A stretch of 64,000 nucleotides of DNA, taken from NCBI GenBank assembly GCA_035493275.1, contig DATJIN010000003.1:3011-67010 (forward strand). The letters are read 5' to 3'. This document shows, in pieces, positions 36,675-47,654 of this stretch. Position 1 is the first letter of the stretch; each line of letters starts with the position of its first letter. Source of the DNA: Sphingomonas sp. GTDB taxonomy: Bacteria > Pseudomonadota > Alphaproteobacteria > Sphingomonadales > Sphingomonadaceae. The notes below the pieces were generated by a model, which saw only the letters and a list, made by a program, of their open reading frames with translations, was not told the DNA's origin and did no database searches. The position numbers and the translations under genes are program-made.

Positions 36675-37678
36675 ATTCCGTGCCCCGCATTCAGCCTATC
36701 CAGATCGGCCCGGTCCGCATCGCCGCGCCCGTGATCCTCGCGCCGATGACCGGCGTGACCGACATGCCGTTCCGTACGCTGGTGCGCCGTTTTGGGTCGG
36801 GCCTCAACGTGACCGAAATGATCGCGTCGCCCGCGATGATCCGCCAGACAAGGCAGTCGCTGCAGAAGGCCGCCTGGGCACCGTCCGAAGAACCGGTGTC
36901 GATGCAGCTTGCCGGCTGTGACCCGACTGAAATGGCCGAGGCGGCCAAGCTCAATGCCGATCGCGGTGCGGCGATCATCGACATCAACATGGGCTGCCCG
37001 GTGAAAAAGGTGGTCAATGGTGACGCGGGCTCCGCGCTGATGCGCGACCTGCCGCTGGCCGCGAGCCTGATCAAGGCGACGGTCGAGGCCGTCGATGTAC
37101 CTGTGACCGTCAAGATGCGCATGGGCTGGGACCATTCGAGCCTCAACGCTCCCGAACTCGCGCACATTGCCGAGGATCTCGGCGCCAAGCTCATCACCGT
37201 CCATGGGCGCACGCGCTGCCAGATGTACCGCGACAGCGCCGACTGGGCGTTCGTCCGTAAGGTCAAGGATGCGGTGAAATTGCCGGTGATCGTCAATGGC
37301 GACATCCTGACCCCCGAGGATGCCGTTACCGCGCTCGATCAATCGGGCGGGGACGGGGTGATGATCGGGCGCGGCGCGTACGGCAAGCCGTGGCTGCTCG
37401 CCCAGACCATCGCGCATCTAACCGATGGCACCGCCCTCCCCGCCCCATCGATCGAGGCGCAATATCACCTCATCGCCGAGCATTACCGCGCGATGCTCGA
37501 TCATTATGGCGAGCAGGTCGGCGTCAACATGGCCCGCAAACATATCGGTTGGTATACCAAAGGGCTGACCGGGTCGGCCGAATTCCGCAACGCGGTAAAC
37601 CAGATCCCCGACGCGCGTACCGTGCTCGACATGCTCGCGCGTTTTTACGAGCCCTGGCTGAGCCGCGCGGCGGCGTGA
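36668..37678 (+). CDS. dusB: tRNA dihydrouridine synthase DusB (NifR3)
   Basis: LAPMTGVTD, DINMGCP, TVHGRTR, NGDI; GTG 36680 is an alternative start. Confidence 0.96.
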   Translation: MGNSVPRIQPIQIGPVRIAAPVILAPMTGVTDMPFRTLVRRFGSGLNVTEMIASPAMIRQTRQSLQKAAWAPSEEPVSMQLAGCDPTEMAEAAKLNADRGAAIIDINMGCPVKKVVNGDAGSALMRDLPLAASLIKATVEAVDVPVTVKMRMGWDHSSLNAPELAHIAEDLGAKLITVHGRTRCQMYRDSADWAFVRKVKDAVKLPVIVNGDILTPEDAVTALDQSGGDGVMIGRGAYGKPWLLAQTIAHLTDGTALPAPSIEAQYHLIAEHYRAMLDHYGEQVGVNMARKHIGWYTKGLTGSAEFRNAVNQIPDARTVLDMLARFYEPWLSRAAA

Positions 37679-38703
37679 ACGGTTTCAGCGCAGCGGCGCT
37701 GATCGAGGCGAGCCCGGTCGGCATGCTGCTGACCGATCATGAGGGCTTCATCACCTTCGCCAATCCGGCCGCGCAGGGATTAATCAATCTCTCGACTCGC
37801 GCGCTGCTCGATGAACCCTGCGCCAAACTTCTTGGCCTGCCGGCCTCGTTCAGCCGGGCGATGGTCTCGGGTCAGGCCTTGTCTCTGTTCGAGCTGTCGA
37901 TCGGCGGCCATCCCGTCGATGTGCATTTGACGCCGCTGGGAGACGCCGGCGGCGGGCGGCTGGTTTCGCTTTATGCATCCGGCAGCGCACGGCCGATTGC
38001 GGAGGGGCATGATACCGGACGATCAGTGATCGGCGTGGCGTCGATGCTTGCGCACGAAATCAAGAACCCCCTCGCCGGGATCCGCGGTGCGGCACAGCTT
38101 CTGGAGGGCAGCACCGACGATCCGGCGCGCTTTACCAGGCTGATTCGCACCGAGGTCGACCGCATTACGCGCCTGATCGACCGGATGGAGAGCTTCACCG
38201 ACGACCGTCCGGTCGCGCGCAAAGCGCACAACGTTCACGCCATCGTCGATCACGCGCTCGATCTGGCTGAAGCGGCGCGGCAGCGCGGCGTGGCGGTCGA
38301 GCGGCTGTTCGACCCCTCTTTACCTTCAGTCCTGGTCGATCCGGATAGTATGGCGCAGGCAGTGCTCAACCTGATCATCAACGCCGTCGAGGCATCGCCC
38401 GAAGCGGGCAAGGTGACGGTCGAGACGCGCTATCGCCACGGCGTCAGCGCGCTCGGTGCAGATGGGCGACGCCGCAACCTGGGCGTCGAAGTGCGCGTGA
38501 TCGATGAGGGTGCGGGACCGCCGCCCGAACTGGTCGACCATCTGTTCCAGCCCTTCGTTTCGTCCAAGGCGACCGGGCGCGGCATCGGCCTCGCGCTGGT
38601 CGACAAGCTGACCAGCGACAATGGCGGCCGCATTCAGTTTTCGCGCGAAGGCTCGCCGCCGCGCACCGTGTTCCGGTTGCTGCTCGAGGTCGCACCCCAA
38701 TGA
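37675..38703 (+). CDS. ntrB: Nitrogen regulation sensor kinase NtrB
   Basis: PAS-like N-terminus, LAHEIKNPLAGIRGAAQLL, FDPSLP, GRGIGLAL; position between dusB and ntrC. Confidence 0.9.
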   Translation: MNGFSAAALIEASPVGMLLTDHEGFITFANPAAQGLINLSTRALLDEPCAKLLGLPASFSRAMVSGQALSLFELSIGGHPVDVHLTPLGDAGGGRLVSLYASGSARPIAEGHDTGRSVIGVASMLAHEIKNPLAGIRGAAQLLEGSTDDPARFTRLIRTEVDRITRLIDRMESFTDDRPVARKAHNVHAIVDHALDLAEAARQRGVAVERLFDPSLPSVLVDPDSMAQAVLNLIINAVEASPEAGKVTVETRYRHGVSALGADGRRRNLGVEVRVIDEGAGPPPELVDHLFQPFVSSKATGRGIGLALVDKLTSDNGGRIQFSREGSPPRTVFRLLLEVAPQ

Positions 38704-40097
38704 AACGCATATTGGTGATCGACGACGATGCGGCGATCCGGCTGGTCATCGCCGAAGCGCTGAAGCGCGACCGCTACGAGGTGCGCGAGGCGGCGACGAT
38801 CGCAGAAGCGCGCGAGATGCTGGCGAAGTCAGTGCCCGACCTGCTGGTGACCGATGTGGTGCTGCCGGACGGCAACGGACTCGACCTGCTGCCTGCGTTA
38901 CTCGCCAAGGCACCGCAGCTGCCGATTATCGTGCTATCGGCGCAAAACACCCTGACCACTGCGATCCGCGCCACCGAGCGGGGCGCGTTTGAATATCTGC
39001 CCAAACCATTCGACCTCGACGAATTGCGCCGTGCGGTGCGGGAAGGATTGGGCAGGCAGGCGCCCGAAGCCGAAGCCGCCGAGGACGACGGACTGCCACT
39101 GATCGGCCGGTCTCCGGCGATGCAGGACGTCTACCGCGTCATTGCACGCATCGCGCAGACCGACCTGACCGTGCTGATCCTCGGCGAATCGGGGACGGGG
39201 AAGGAACTGGTCGCACGTGCGCTGCACGATTTCGGTCTGCGTCGCGGCAAGGCGTTTGTCGCGGTCAACATGGCGGCGATCCCGCGCGAATCGATCGAGG
39301 CCGAATTGTTCGGTCAGGAACGCGGCGGCGGTTTTGCGACGGCGACGCGGACTGCGGGCCGGCTTGAACAAGCGGCGGGCGGCACGTTGTTCCTCGACGA
39401 GATCGGCGACATGCCGCTCGAAGCACAAACGCGACTGCTGCGCGTGCTCGAAACGGGCGAATATTCGAGCGCAGGCGGACGGCCGCGGCGTGTCGACGTG
39501 CGCGTGATCGCTGCCACGCATCAGGATCTGCCCCGGACCATCGCCGAAGGGCGATTCCGCGAAGACCTCTATTACCGCCTCAACGTCGTGCCGCTGACGC
39601 TCCCGCCGCTGCGCGCGCGTGGAGGCGATGTCGCGTTGCTCGCCCAGCATTTCCTCGACCGGACCGAGACCGGTGGTGTCCGTAAACAGCTCGATGACGG
39701 TGCGATGCGGCGCCTTTCAGAACATGACTGGCCGGGCAACGTCCGCGAGCTCGAAAACCTGATGCGCCGCCTGTCCGCGATGACGCGCGACCGCATCATC
39801 ACCGTCGATGATATCGAAGCACAGCTGGCTATCCGCCCCGCGGATGGCACGACCACGGCTCCCTCGCTCGAAGGCCGCGTGGAGGCCTGGTTGCGCGACC
39901 ATTTTCGCCGTTCGGGAGATGCCCTGCCCGCCCCTGGGCTGTATAACCGTCTGCTCGCCGACATTGACGGCGCGATCCTGCGGACGACGCTGGCGGCGGT
40001 GCGCGGCAATCAACTGCGGGCCGCGGCGATCTTGGGGATCAACCGCAACACGCTGCGCAAGCGGCTGACGGAGTTGGGCATCGACCCGAAGGGGTGA
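38700..40097 (+). CDS. ntrC: NtrC response regulator with degenerate GAFTGA loop
   Basis: Receiver [64 protein letters not shown]. Confidence 0.92.
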   Translation: MKRILVIDDDAAIRLVIAEALKRDRYEVREAATIAEAREMLAKSVPDLLVTDVVLPDGNGLDLLPALLAKAPQLPIIVLSAQNTLTTAIRATERGAFEYLPKPFDLDELRRAVREGLGRQAPEAEAAEDDGLPLIGRSPAMQDVYRVIARIAQTDLTVLILGESGTGKELVARALHDFGLRRGKAFVAVNMAAIPRESIEAELFGQERGGGFATATRTAGRLEQAAGGTLFLDEIGDMPLEAQTRLLRVLETGEYSSAGGRPRRVDVRVIAATHQDLPRTIAEGRFREDLYYRLNVVPLTLPPLRARGGDVALLAQHFLDRTETGGVRKQLDDGAMRRLSEHDWPGNVRELENLMRRLSAMTRDRIITVDDIEAQLAIRPADGTTTAPSLEGRVEAWLRDHFRRSGDALPAPGLYNRLLADIDGAILRTTLAAVRGNQLRAAAILGINRNTLRKRLTELGIDPKG

Positions 40098-40105
40098 TGA
40101 GCCCC

Positions 40106-40146
40106 AAAGAAAAAAGGGCACCCCGGCAGACCGGGATGCTCTTCTT
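40106..40146 (-). terminator. Intrinsic terminator between convergent ntrC and petC
   Basis: AAAGAAAAAA-GGGCACCCCGG-CAGA-CCGGGATGCTC-TTCTT. Confidence 0.75.
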
Positions 40147-40165
40147 ATACCCTTGGCGATCGAGC

Positions 40166-41029
40166 TTAAGCCGGCGCCACGACCTTACCCGACTTCTTGT
40201 CCGCCCAAATCCCCTTGTAAGCGAAATAGGCGAAGCCGGTGCCGATGAGCAGGAACACCAAAGCGGCCCAGCCGGTGCGGTGGCGCTGTTCGAGCTTGGG
40301 CTCGGCGGCCCACATCAGGAACGCTGCCACATCCTTGGCTTCCTGATCGAGCGTCGCCTTCGGATTGCCCGGAGCATACGTCACCTGACCATCGGTCAGC
40401 GGTGGCGCCATCGCGAGATTCAGGTTCGGGAAATACGGGTTATAGTGCAGCCCGTCGGGCGTCTTGGCGTCGGGGAACTTCTTGAGCAGTTCGGCCGGCT
40501 GATCCTGATACCCGGTCAGCAGATGATAGATGTAGTGCGGCCCGCCCTCGCGCGCCTTGGCCAGCAGCGACTGGTCCGGCGGCAGCGCATTGTTGTTGGC
40601 GGCACGCGCGGCGATTTCGTTCGGATAGGGCGACGGGAAGTAATCCGACGGCAGGCCCTTGCGCGTCGCAGGTTCGCCCGTGTCTGGGTTGAGCGAGGGC
40701 ACGTCCTTGGACTTTGCGATTGCCTTCACCTGTGCCGCCGAGAAGCCAATGCTTTCCAGGTCGCGGAACGCGACGAGATGCATCGAGTGGCACGCGGAGC
40801 AAACTTCAGCATAAATCTGATAACCGCGCTGAAGCTGCTGCCGGTCATATTTGCCGAAGGGACCGTCGAACGAGAAGCTGACGGGCTTTTCCGGACGATG
40901 TTGTTCGACCCATTCGACCGCGGTTTCAGGCTCGGGCTCATTGACCCAGCCGATCGCCGTCCACAGCAACGACCACAACAGCGCCGCAACAAATCCCAAG
41001 CCGACGAGAACGCCGATCGGACGAACCAT
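40166..41029 (-). CDS. petC: Cytochrome c1
   Basis: LQRGYQIYAEVCSACH, YNPYFP, AMAPPL, FLMWAAEP, C-terminal TM. Confidence 0.97.
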   Translation of the reverse strand: MVRPIGVLVGLGFVAALLWSLLWTAIGWVNEPEPETAVEWVEQHRPEKPVSFSFDGPFGKYDRQQLQRGYQIYAEVCSACHSMHLVAFRDLESIGFSAAQVKAIAKSKDVPSLNPDTGEPATRKGLPSDYFPSPYPNEIAARAANNNALPPDQSLLAKAREGGPHYIYHLLTGYQDQPAELLKKFPDAKTPDGLHYNPYFPNLNLAMAPPLTDGQVTYAPGNPKATLDQEAKDVAAFLMWAAEPKLEQRHRTGWAALVFLLIGTGFAYFAYKGIWADKKSGKVVAPA

Positions 41030-41043
41030 AACCCCTTACCCTC

Positions 41044-42354
41044 TTATTCGGCCGGGGCCGCGACGGGAGCCGTCGCGACGCCATAAGGCGCAGCTTCCTG
41101 AGCCTCACCATGCAACACGCTTTCGCTGATCGAATTGGGCAGCGGCAGCGGCCGTTCGAGCAGCGACACCAGCGGCAGGATCAGCAGGAAATGCGCGAAA
41201 TAATACATCGTGCAGAGCTGCGAGATGACGACGATCTTGTTCGACGGATGCGCCCCGCCACAATAACCGAGGATCAGCACGTCAACGACCAGCACCCAGA
41301 AGAACCATTTGTAGACCGGGCGATAGTTGGCCGAGCGGACCGGCGAGCGGTCGAGCCACGGCAGGAAGAACATCAACAGGATCGAGCTGAACATCGCCAG
41401 CACGCCCCACAGCTTCGCCGGCACCCACAGGAAGTTCGAGGTGAACGACTTCAGGATCGCGTAGAAGGGCAGGAAATACCATTCGGGAACGATGTGCGCC
41501 GGGGTCGAAAGCGGATTCGCGGCGATGTAATTGTCCGGATGTCCCAGATAGTTCGGCGCGAAGAACATCAGTGCCGCGAAGACGATCAGGAATACGCCGA
41601 GGCCGAAGCCGTCCTTCGCGGTGTAATAGGGGTGGAACGGCACCGTATCCTGCGGCCCCTTTACCTCAACGCCGGTCGGATTGTTTGAACCCGGAATGTG
41701 CAGCGCCCAGATGTGCAGGATGACCGCACCGAGGATCACGAAGGGCAGCAGATAGTGCAGCGAGAAGAAGCGGTTGAGCGCCGCAGCGTCAGGTGCATAG
41801 CCGCCGAGCAACCACACGCGAATGCCATCACCGACGAGCGGAATTGCCGAGAAGAACCCGGTAATCACCTGCGCGCCCCAGAAGCTCATCTGCCCCCAGG
41901 GGAGCACATAACCCATGAACGCGGTGGCCATGGTCAGCAGGAAGATGACCACGCCGAGCAGCCACACGACTTCGCGCGGCGGCTTGTACGAACCGTAATA
42001 CAGGCCCCGGAAGATGTGGGTATAGAGCACGATGAAGAACATCGAAGCGCCGGTCGCGTGTGTGTACCGCAGGAACCAGCCCGCATTGACGTCGCGCATG
42101 ATGTGCTCGACCGAATTGAATGCGATGCCCGCATCGGCGCGATAGTGCATCGCGAGAACGATGCCGGTGATGATCTGGATCACCAACGCCACGCCCGCAA
42201 GCACGCCGAAATTCCAGAAATAATTGAGGTTGCGCGGCACCGGGTAACCGGCACCAACGGCGTTATAGACGAGGCGCGGCAGCGGCAGCTTCTCGTCCAA
42301 ATAGCGCATCAGCGGATGCTTCGGGGCATAATCCGCGGCCCAGGGAAAGCTCAT
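41044..42354 (-). CDS. petB: Cytochrome b
   Basis: [29 protein letters not shown]; start ATG 42354. Confidence 0.98.
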   Translation of the reverse strand: MSFPWAADYAPKHPLMRYLDEKLPLPRLVYNAVGAGYPVPRNLNYFWNFGVLAGVALVIQIITGIVLAMHYRADAGIAFNSVEHIMRDVNAGWFLRYTHATGASMFFIVLYTHIFRGLYYGSYKPPREVVWLLGVVIFLLTMATAFMGYVLPWGQMSFWGAQVITGFFSAIPLVGDGIRVWLLGGYAPDAAALNRFFSLHYLLPFVILGAVILHIWALHIPGSNNPTGVEVKGPQDTVPFHPYYTAKDGFGLGVFLIVFAALMFFAPNYLGHPDNYIAANPLSTPAHIVPEWYFLPFYAILKSFTSNFLWVPAKLWGVLAMFSSILLMFFLPWLDRSPVRSANYRPVYKWFFWVLVVDVLILGYCGGAHPSNKIVVISQLCTMYYFAHFLLILPLVSLLERPLPLPNSISESVLHGEAQEAAPYGVATAPVAAPAE

Positions 42355-42926
42355 GCCTTCGCTCCGACTTCGATGGTGGTATCGGTGCGGAACACATAGT
42401 CCGGCACCTGCAGATTCTTCGGCGCGGGGCCTTTCCGGATGCGCGCCGCAGTGTCGTAGGTCGATCCGTGGCACGGGCAGAAATAGCCGCCGAATTCGCC
42501 GCGGGTCTCGCCCTCGCCGGCCCCCAGCGGCACGCAGCCGAGATGGGTGCAGACGCCCATCGTGATCAGCCACTCGCTCTTGCCGGGTTTGGTGCGCTGG
42601 GCGAGCGATTCCGGATCACGGAGTTCGCCCAGCGGCACAGCATTCGCCTTATTGATTTCGTCCGGTGTCAAATGACGCACGAACAGCGGCGATTTGCGAT
42701 AGACCGCTTTAATCGCTTGACCAGGCATGATCTTGGACAGATCCACCTCGGTCGTTGCTTCGGCCAGCACGTCGGCCGATGGCGCCATTTGCAGCACCAG
42801 CGGTGCCACGACCGCGACCGCGCCGACGCCCGCGAAGGCGACCGCGCCGATGTTGATGAAGTCACGACGACGAAGTTCCGGCTCCTGGGCCATTGCTTCA
42901 ACCGTTTCGACCGGCGCTTGCGCCAT
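42351..42926 (-). CDS. petA: Rieske iron-sulfur subunit of the bc1 complex
   Basis: Tat motif RRRDFI, CTHLGC, CPCHGS. Confidence 0.98.
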   Translation of the reverse strand: MAQAPVETVEAMAQEPELRRRDFINIGAVAFAGVGAVAVVAPLVLQMAPSADVLAEATTEVDLSKIMPGQAIKAVYRKSPLFVRHLTPDEINKANAVPLGELRDPESLAQRTKPGKSEWLITMGVCTHLGCVPLGAGEGETRGEFGGYFCPCHGSTYDTAARIRKGPAPKNLQVPDYVFRTDTTIEVGAKA

Positions 42927-43058
42927 AAATGCCTTGTCCCTGCATACAAAAGCGCCCCTGGGCGGGGCTCGCGGTCTGATAGCGTTTGCCGCCGTTCATG
43001 CAAACGTCATTTTGCTGATCGGGTTGCAGCCTCAGCTGCCGCCCGCCACAGAGGCACC

Positions 43059-43508
43059 GTGCGCATCGCTCTGTACCAGCCCGAAATCGCCGGAAATGTG
43101 GGAGCCGTTCTGCGCGTTGCCGCGTGTTTCGGCGTGCCCGTCGACGTCATCGAGCCGACCGGCTTCGTCTTTTCAGACGCCAAGCTGAAGCGCGCCGGGA
43201 TGGATTATATCGAACGCGTGGACATGACGCGGCACCGCAGCTGGGATGCCTTTCGCGAGGCCGTGCCCCACCCGCCGGTGCTGCTGACGACGCATGGGAG
43301 CCAGAGCTTGTACGCCCATCATTTCGACAAGGACGATATCTTACTGTTCGGCCAGGAAAGCGCGGGCGTGCCGCGGCACGTCGCGGATATATGCGCGGCC
43401 CGAATACGGATTCCCGTGGCGGCTGGAGCCCGCTCGCTGAACCTCTCGGTCGCTTGCGGGATTGCCGTCGGCGAGGCGCTGCGCCAGACCGGAGGCCTGC
43501 CATGCTGA
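43059..43508 (+). CDS. trmL: tRNA (cytidine(34)-2'-O)-methyltransferase TrmL
   Basis: LYQPEIAGNVG, KRAGMDY, LFGQESAG, RSLNLS; GTG start. Confidence 0.92.
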   Translation: MRIALYQPEIAGNVGAVLRVAACFGVPVDVIEPTGFVFSDAKLKRAGMDYIERVDMTRHRSWDAFREAVPHPPVLLTTHGSQSLYAHHFDKDDILLFGQESAGVPRHVADICAARIRIPVAAGARSLNLSVACGIAVGEALRQTGGLPC

Positions 43509-44344
43509 CACTTGATCCCCAACAACAAGCCGCCCGCGACTGGTTCGAGACCCTGCGCGACCGCATCTGCGCGGAATTCGAAGCGATTGAGCGAGAGGCC
43601 GGCGGTGATTCGCGCTTCGCCTACACGCCTTGGTTTCGCGACGATGATGCCACCGGCAATTCGGGCGGCGGCGTGATGGGAACGATGAAGGGGCGCGTGT
43701 TCGAGAAGGTCGGGGTCAACGTCTCGACCGTTGGCGGCGAATTTGCGCCCGAATTCGCCAAGACAATCAACGGCGCGGGCGAGGATCCGCGCTTCTTTGC
43801 CACCGGCATCAGCCTGGTCGCGCACATGGCCAACCCGCATGTGCCGGCGATCCACATGAATTGCCGCTTCCTGCGCACGACCAAACAATGGTTCGGCGGC
43901 GGCGCGGACCTCAATCCGCCAATTCCCTACGAGGAGGACACGGCAGACTTTCATGCGCGGTTGAAAATGGCGTGCGACGCGCATGACCCGGATTACTATT
44001 CGCGCTTCAAAGCGTGGGCCGACGAATATTTCTACCTGCCGCACCGCAAGGTGCATCGCGGCGTCGGCGGCATCTTCTTCGATCACCTCGAAGGCGGGTT
44101 CGACAGGGATTTGGCCTTCGTGCGCGATGTCGGCGAGGCATTCCTCGATAGCTTTCCGATGCTGGTGCGCCGGCGGATGGATTCAACGTTCACCGAGACC
44201 GATCGCGCCCGACAGCTGGAATGGCGCGGGCGTTATGCGGAGTTCAATCTGGTGTACGACCGCGGCACGCTGTTCGGCCTGAAAACCGGCGGCAATATCG
44301 ATGCGATCCTGATGAGCCTGCCACCGCTGGCAACTTGGAGCTAG
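43502..44344 (+). CDS. hemF: Oxygen-dependent coproporphyrinogen III oxidase
   Basis: FEKVGVNVS, HMNCR, WFGGGADL, RGRYAEFNLVYDRGTLFGL. Confidence 0.97.
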   Translation: MLTLDPQQQAARDWFETLRDRICAEFEAIEREAGGDSRFAYTPWFRDDDATGNSGGGVMGTMKGRVFEKVGVNVSTVGGEFAPEFAKTINGAGEDPRFFATGISLVAHMANPHVPAIHMNCRFLRTTKQWFGGGADLNPPIPYEEDTADFHARLKMACDAHDPDYYSRFKAWADEYFYLPHRKVHRGVGGIFFDHLEGGFDRDLAFVRDVGEAFLDSFPMLVRRRMDSTFTETDRARQLEWRGRYAEFNLVYDRGTLFGLKTGGNIDAILMSLPPLATWS

Positions 44345-45138
44345 GCCGCGCGGCGGTAGAACAGCGCGAGGAACAGTGTGACGACCGTCTGTAATGCGGT
44401 CGAAACCAGCGCCACAAGCAAAGCGGGCACCAGTTGTGCGACAACCGCCGACCCCATGCTCTGCCCGAGCAGCAGGAAGATCGTCCCCAACCCGGTTCCA
44501 AGCGCCCAATCGACGAGCTGGATCACGATCAGCGCCAGAATCAGAAGCCCGAACAGCGCCCAGAATTTGCCGTGGGTCGTCGCCCAGCTCGCCTTGAACG
44601 CGAGTACCGGGCGGCCCAGTTCAACGAGCGCTGCCTTCCAAAGCAACAGGCGAACGAACAGGAACAGGCAGCCGACCACCAACACAGTCATGTAAAGCCC
44701 CGCCCAGCCCGGCAGCGCGGCGCTCAAAACCTCCATCTTGCTCTGATCGGCCATCAGTACCGAAAGTTGCTCAAGCGAATAACCCGCCCGCATCAGCGCA
44801 TAGAAAATCGGCGCGGCGAGTAAGGTGAAGAGCAGGCCAACGACAAAATACACCAGCACCGCCCAGGGTAGGCGCTGCATCGCAACGCCCAGAGCCTCGC
44901 GCACCGAACGACCCGAACCGCGCGTCAGATCGATCAGCGCAAGCTGTCCGGCGATGCTCCACGACCCGGCGATGACGAGCATGAGGCTGCGCACGGCCGG
45001 CGGCAGGAAGACCGCGGTCGCAATCAGAATGACAGAGGCCAGATAGATCGTCCCCAGCGCCAGCGGCACGATCAGCGCGCGCTCAGCCCGAATGAACGCC
45101 AGCGTTTCGTCCCACACCGCGTTGACGCTGACCTTCAT
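44341..45138 (-). CDS. Hypothetical integral membrane protein
   Basis: About 6 TM helices; [14 protein letters not shown] motif; CAGGAG RBS. Confidence 0.78.
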   Translation of the reverse strand: MKVSVNAVWDETLAFIRAERALIVPLALGTIYLASVILIATAVFLPPAVRSLMLVIAGSWSIAGQLALIDLTRGSGRSVREALGVAMQRLPWAVLVYFVVGLLFTLLAAPIFYALMRAGYSLEQLSVLMADQSKMEVLSAALPGWAGLYMTVLVVGCLFLFVRLLLWKAALVELGRPVLAFKASWATTHGKFWALFGLLILALIVIQLVDWALGTGLGTIFLLLGQSMGSAVVAQLVPALLVALVSTALQTVVTLFLALFYRRAA

Positions 45139-45198
45139 AACTTCTCCTGTGACGCGGCCGGTCTAGCCGCCGTGCATTGGGGGTGGCAAGGAAGCGAC

Positions 45199-45873
45199 GT
45201 GGCCAACGCTGATATCGAATGGCGCGTGAGCGACGAACCGGTCGACTATGCCGAAGCGCTCGCCTGGATGGAGGCGCGCGCCGCGGCGATCGCGACGGGC
45301 GACGCGCGCGAGTGCATCTGGCTGCTCGAACATCCGCCGGTCTATACTGCGGGGACCAGCGCGGCGGCGGACGAACTGATCGATCCGCGCTTTCCGGTGG
45401 TCAGCGCGGGGCGTGGCGGCCGCTACACCTATCACGGGCCGGGGCAGCGGATCGGTTATGTCATGCTCGACCTCGGCAAGCGCGGCCGCGATGTGCGGTG
45501 CTATGTCCATGCGCTCGAAGGCTGGGTGATGGCCGCACTGGGGCAATTGGGAATCGATGCTTTCCGCGCCGAGGGGCGCATCGGCATCTGGACCAATACG
45601 CCGCACGGTGAGGCGAAGATCGGCGCCATCGGCGTGCGCGTTCGCCGCTGGGTCACGCTGCACGGCTTTTCGGTAAATCTCGATCCCGACCTCTCGCATT
45701 TCGCCGGGATCGTCCCTTGTGGAATCAATGATTTCGGCGTGACGAGCGCCACGGCGCTGGGCGTGCCGATTACGGTTGACCGCTTCGACGCCGCCTTGCG
45801 AGCGACCATGCCCGACTTTGGATTGCAACCGCGCTGCAACAATGTGCTTGAGCAGTGCGAAAAGAAAAGCTAA
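45199..45873 (+). CDS. lipB: Octanoyltransferase LipB
   Basis: [34 protein letters not shown]. Confidence 0.97.
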   Translation: MANADIEWRVSDEPVDYAEALAWMEARAAAIATGDARECIWLLEHPPVYTAGTSAAADELIDPRFPVVSAGRGGRYTYHGPGQRIGYVMLDLGKRGRDVRCYVHALEGWVMAALGQLGIDAFRAEGRIGIWTNTPHGEAKIGAIGVRVRRWVTLHGFSVNLDPDLSHFAGIVPCGINDFGVTSATALGVPITVDRFDAALRATMPDFGLQPRCNNVLEQCEKKS

Positions 45874-45942
45874 TGCCCACCTCGATTTGGGTATTAAAGG
45901 CGATAAGCCCCCCCGGATCCTTTATTCCTCAGGGAGCATAAG

Positions 45943-46197
45943 ATGCGCAAGATTGTCACTCTTTCGATGGTTGCCGCTGCGGCACTGGCCGTTTCGGCTT
46001 GCAGCAAGACCGAGAACACGAACACCACCGAAGTTAACGTCACGGACGTCAACGCCACCGACGCGATGGCTGGCACGACCAACGACACCATGACCAACAC
46101 CGACGCTTCGATGGGCGCTGCCGACAACATGTCGAACGCCGCCGACGCGATGGGCAACGCCGCCAACGCGACGGCGAACACCGCGAACGCGATGTAA
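45943..46197 (+). CDS. Small low-complexity lipoprotein (Asn/Thr/Ala/Asp/Met-rich)
   Basis: AGGGAG RBS, lipobox VSAC, downstream terminator. Confidence 0.82.
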   Translation: MRKIVTLSMVAAAALAVSACSKTENTNTTEVNVTDVNATDAMAGTTNDTMTNTDASMGAADNMSNAADAMGNAANATANTANAM

Positions 46198-46225
46198 TCG
46201 CACGTTCAGCAGCTTTGCTGAACAC

Positions 46226-46265
46226 AGGAAGGGCCGTCCGGGAAACCGGGCGGCCCTTTCTTGTT
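46226..46265 (+). terminator. Intrinsic terminator after the small lipoprotein
   Basis: GGGCCGTCCGG-GAAA-CCGGGCGGCCC-TTTCTTGTT; preceded by hairpin GTTCAGCA-GCTT-TGCTGAAC at 46204-46223. Confidence 0.85.
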
Positions 46266-46347
46266 GCGCCAAGCCGTGGCGCGCGCGAGTCAGACTGTGC
46301 TGGCGAGGCTCGACAAAAGCGCCTAACGGTGCGGCAAGTCATTGGGG

Positions 46348-47025
46348 ATGCTTGCCTTGGTCCGTTCTTTCGCCGTCGCGATCACCCTGTTCGTTGCGGG
46401 CGCATCTGCCGTGCCGGCATCCGCGCAAATCTTCTGGAAATCGCCGGACTACCGCGGTGCGCCGATCACCCTGGAGGAACCGGGCATTGGTGTGGCCCTG
46501 CCGGGCGCGAACCCTGCCGAACAGCGTGCGAATCTGGTGTGGCAGCTGCGCGCCGGCCTCAATGTCGCGGCGCTGCAGTGCCAGCGCTTCGAAACGCTGA
46601 TGTCCAAAGATGTTTATGCTGGTGTCTTGACCAACCACAAGGAAGAGCTGGCCAAGACGTACGCGACGCTCACCAACTATTTCAAACGCGTCGAGAAGAA
46701 CGCCAAAGCAGGCCAGCAAGCGCTCGACCGCTATGGCACCAAAACCTATATCGGGATGTCGACCGTGCAGGGCATTCTCGGCTTCTGCCAGACCTCGGCG
46801 TATGTCGGCCGCTCGGCGCTCTATGCGCCCCGTGGCGCGCTGAGCATCGTCGCGATGGAGCGGTTGCGTGAGCTGCGCAACAGCCTGCTGCCCGGTCGGG
46901 AACAGCAGTTCAACGTCGGTCACAATCCGCCGGTGATGACGTTCCCCAACTTGGACAAGCAGTGCTGGCGCAAGGTGAAGAAGGTCGAGGCGTATGACGT
47001 ACGCTGCGGCCTGAACCCGATCTAG
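46348..47025 (+). CDS. Hypothetical exported protein
   Basis: Signal peptide ending PASAQ; WQLRAGLNVAALQC; 4 Cys. Confidence 0.75.
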   Translation: MLALVRSFAVAITLFVAGASAVPASAQIFWKSPDYRGAPITLEEPGIGVALPGANPAEQRANLVWQLRAGLNVAALQCQRFETLMSKDVYAGVLTNHKEELAKTYATLTNYFKRVEKNAKAGQQALDRYGTKTYIGMSTVQGILGFCQTSAYVGRSALYAPRGALSIVAMERLRELRNSLLPGREQQFNVGHNPPVMTFPNLDKQCWRKVKKVEAYDVRCGLNPI

Positions 47026-47654
47026 CGCAGTCCCAAGGCCTTATGCGCCTGCAACGTCAGGCGCCATTTGGGACGATCCATCGCCAGCTTGATCGCCGCC
47101 TGTTTGGCGGCCTCGCCTTCGACGCAGTCCATCGGCTGGACGAGGAAATGGCGGAAATCGAGGCGCTCCAGCGCGTCGAGGTCGATCCCGTCCTGCGGCC
47201 AAACCAGCTTGAGCTCGTCGCCGGACAACTGCGCCAGTGCATTGATGCCCTTGGGGCTGATGCAGAGCCAGTCGATGCCATTGGGTGCCGCGATGGTGCC
47301 ATTGCTCTCGACCCCGATTTCGAAACCGCGCGCGTGAAGCGCGTCGATGAGCAGTGTGTCGATCTGCAGCATCGGCTCACCGCCAGTGATGACGGTGTAG
47401 CGCCCCTCCGCGCCTTCGCCCCATTCGTGTTCCACCGCATCGGCCAGCGCGGCGGCATCGGCGAACTTGCCGCCTCCGCCGCCATTGGTGCCAACGAAAT
47501 CGGTATCGCAGAACTGGCAGGCCGCGGTCGCGCGATCCTGTTCGCGCCCGCTCCACAAATTGCAGCCGGCAAAGCGCACGAAAACCGCGCGCCGCCCCGC
47601 CTGCACGCCTTCGCCCTGGAGCGTCAGGAACAGTTCTTTGACCGCGTATGTCAC
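47022..47654 (-). CDS. queE: 7-carboxy-7-deazaguanine synthase QueE (Cx14Cx2C type)
   Basis: [43 protein letters not shown]; GTG start. Confidence 0.96.
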   Translation of the reverse strand: MTYAVKELFLTLQGEGVQAGRRAVFVRFAGCNLWSGREQDRATAACQFCDTDFVGTNGGGGGKFADAAALADAVEHEWGEGAEGRYTVITGGEPMLQIDTLLIDALHARGFEIGVESNGTIAAPNGIDWLCISPKGINALAQLSGDELKLVWPQDGIDLDALERLDFRHFLVQPMDCVEGEAAKQAAIKLAMDRPKWRLTLQAHKALGLR

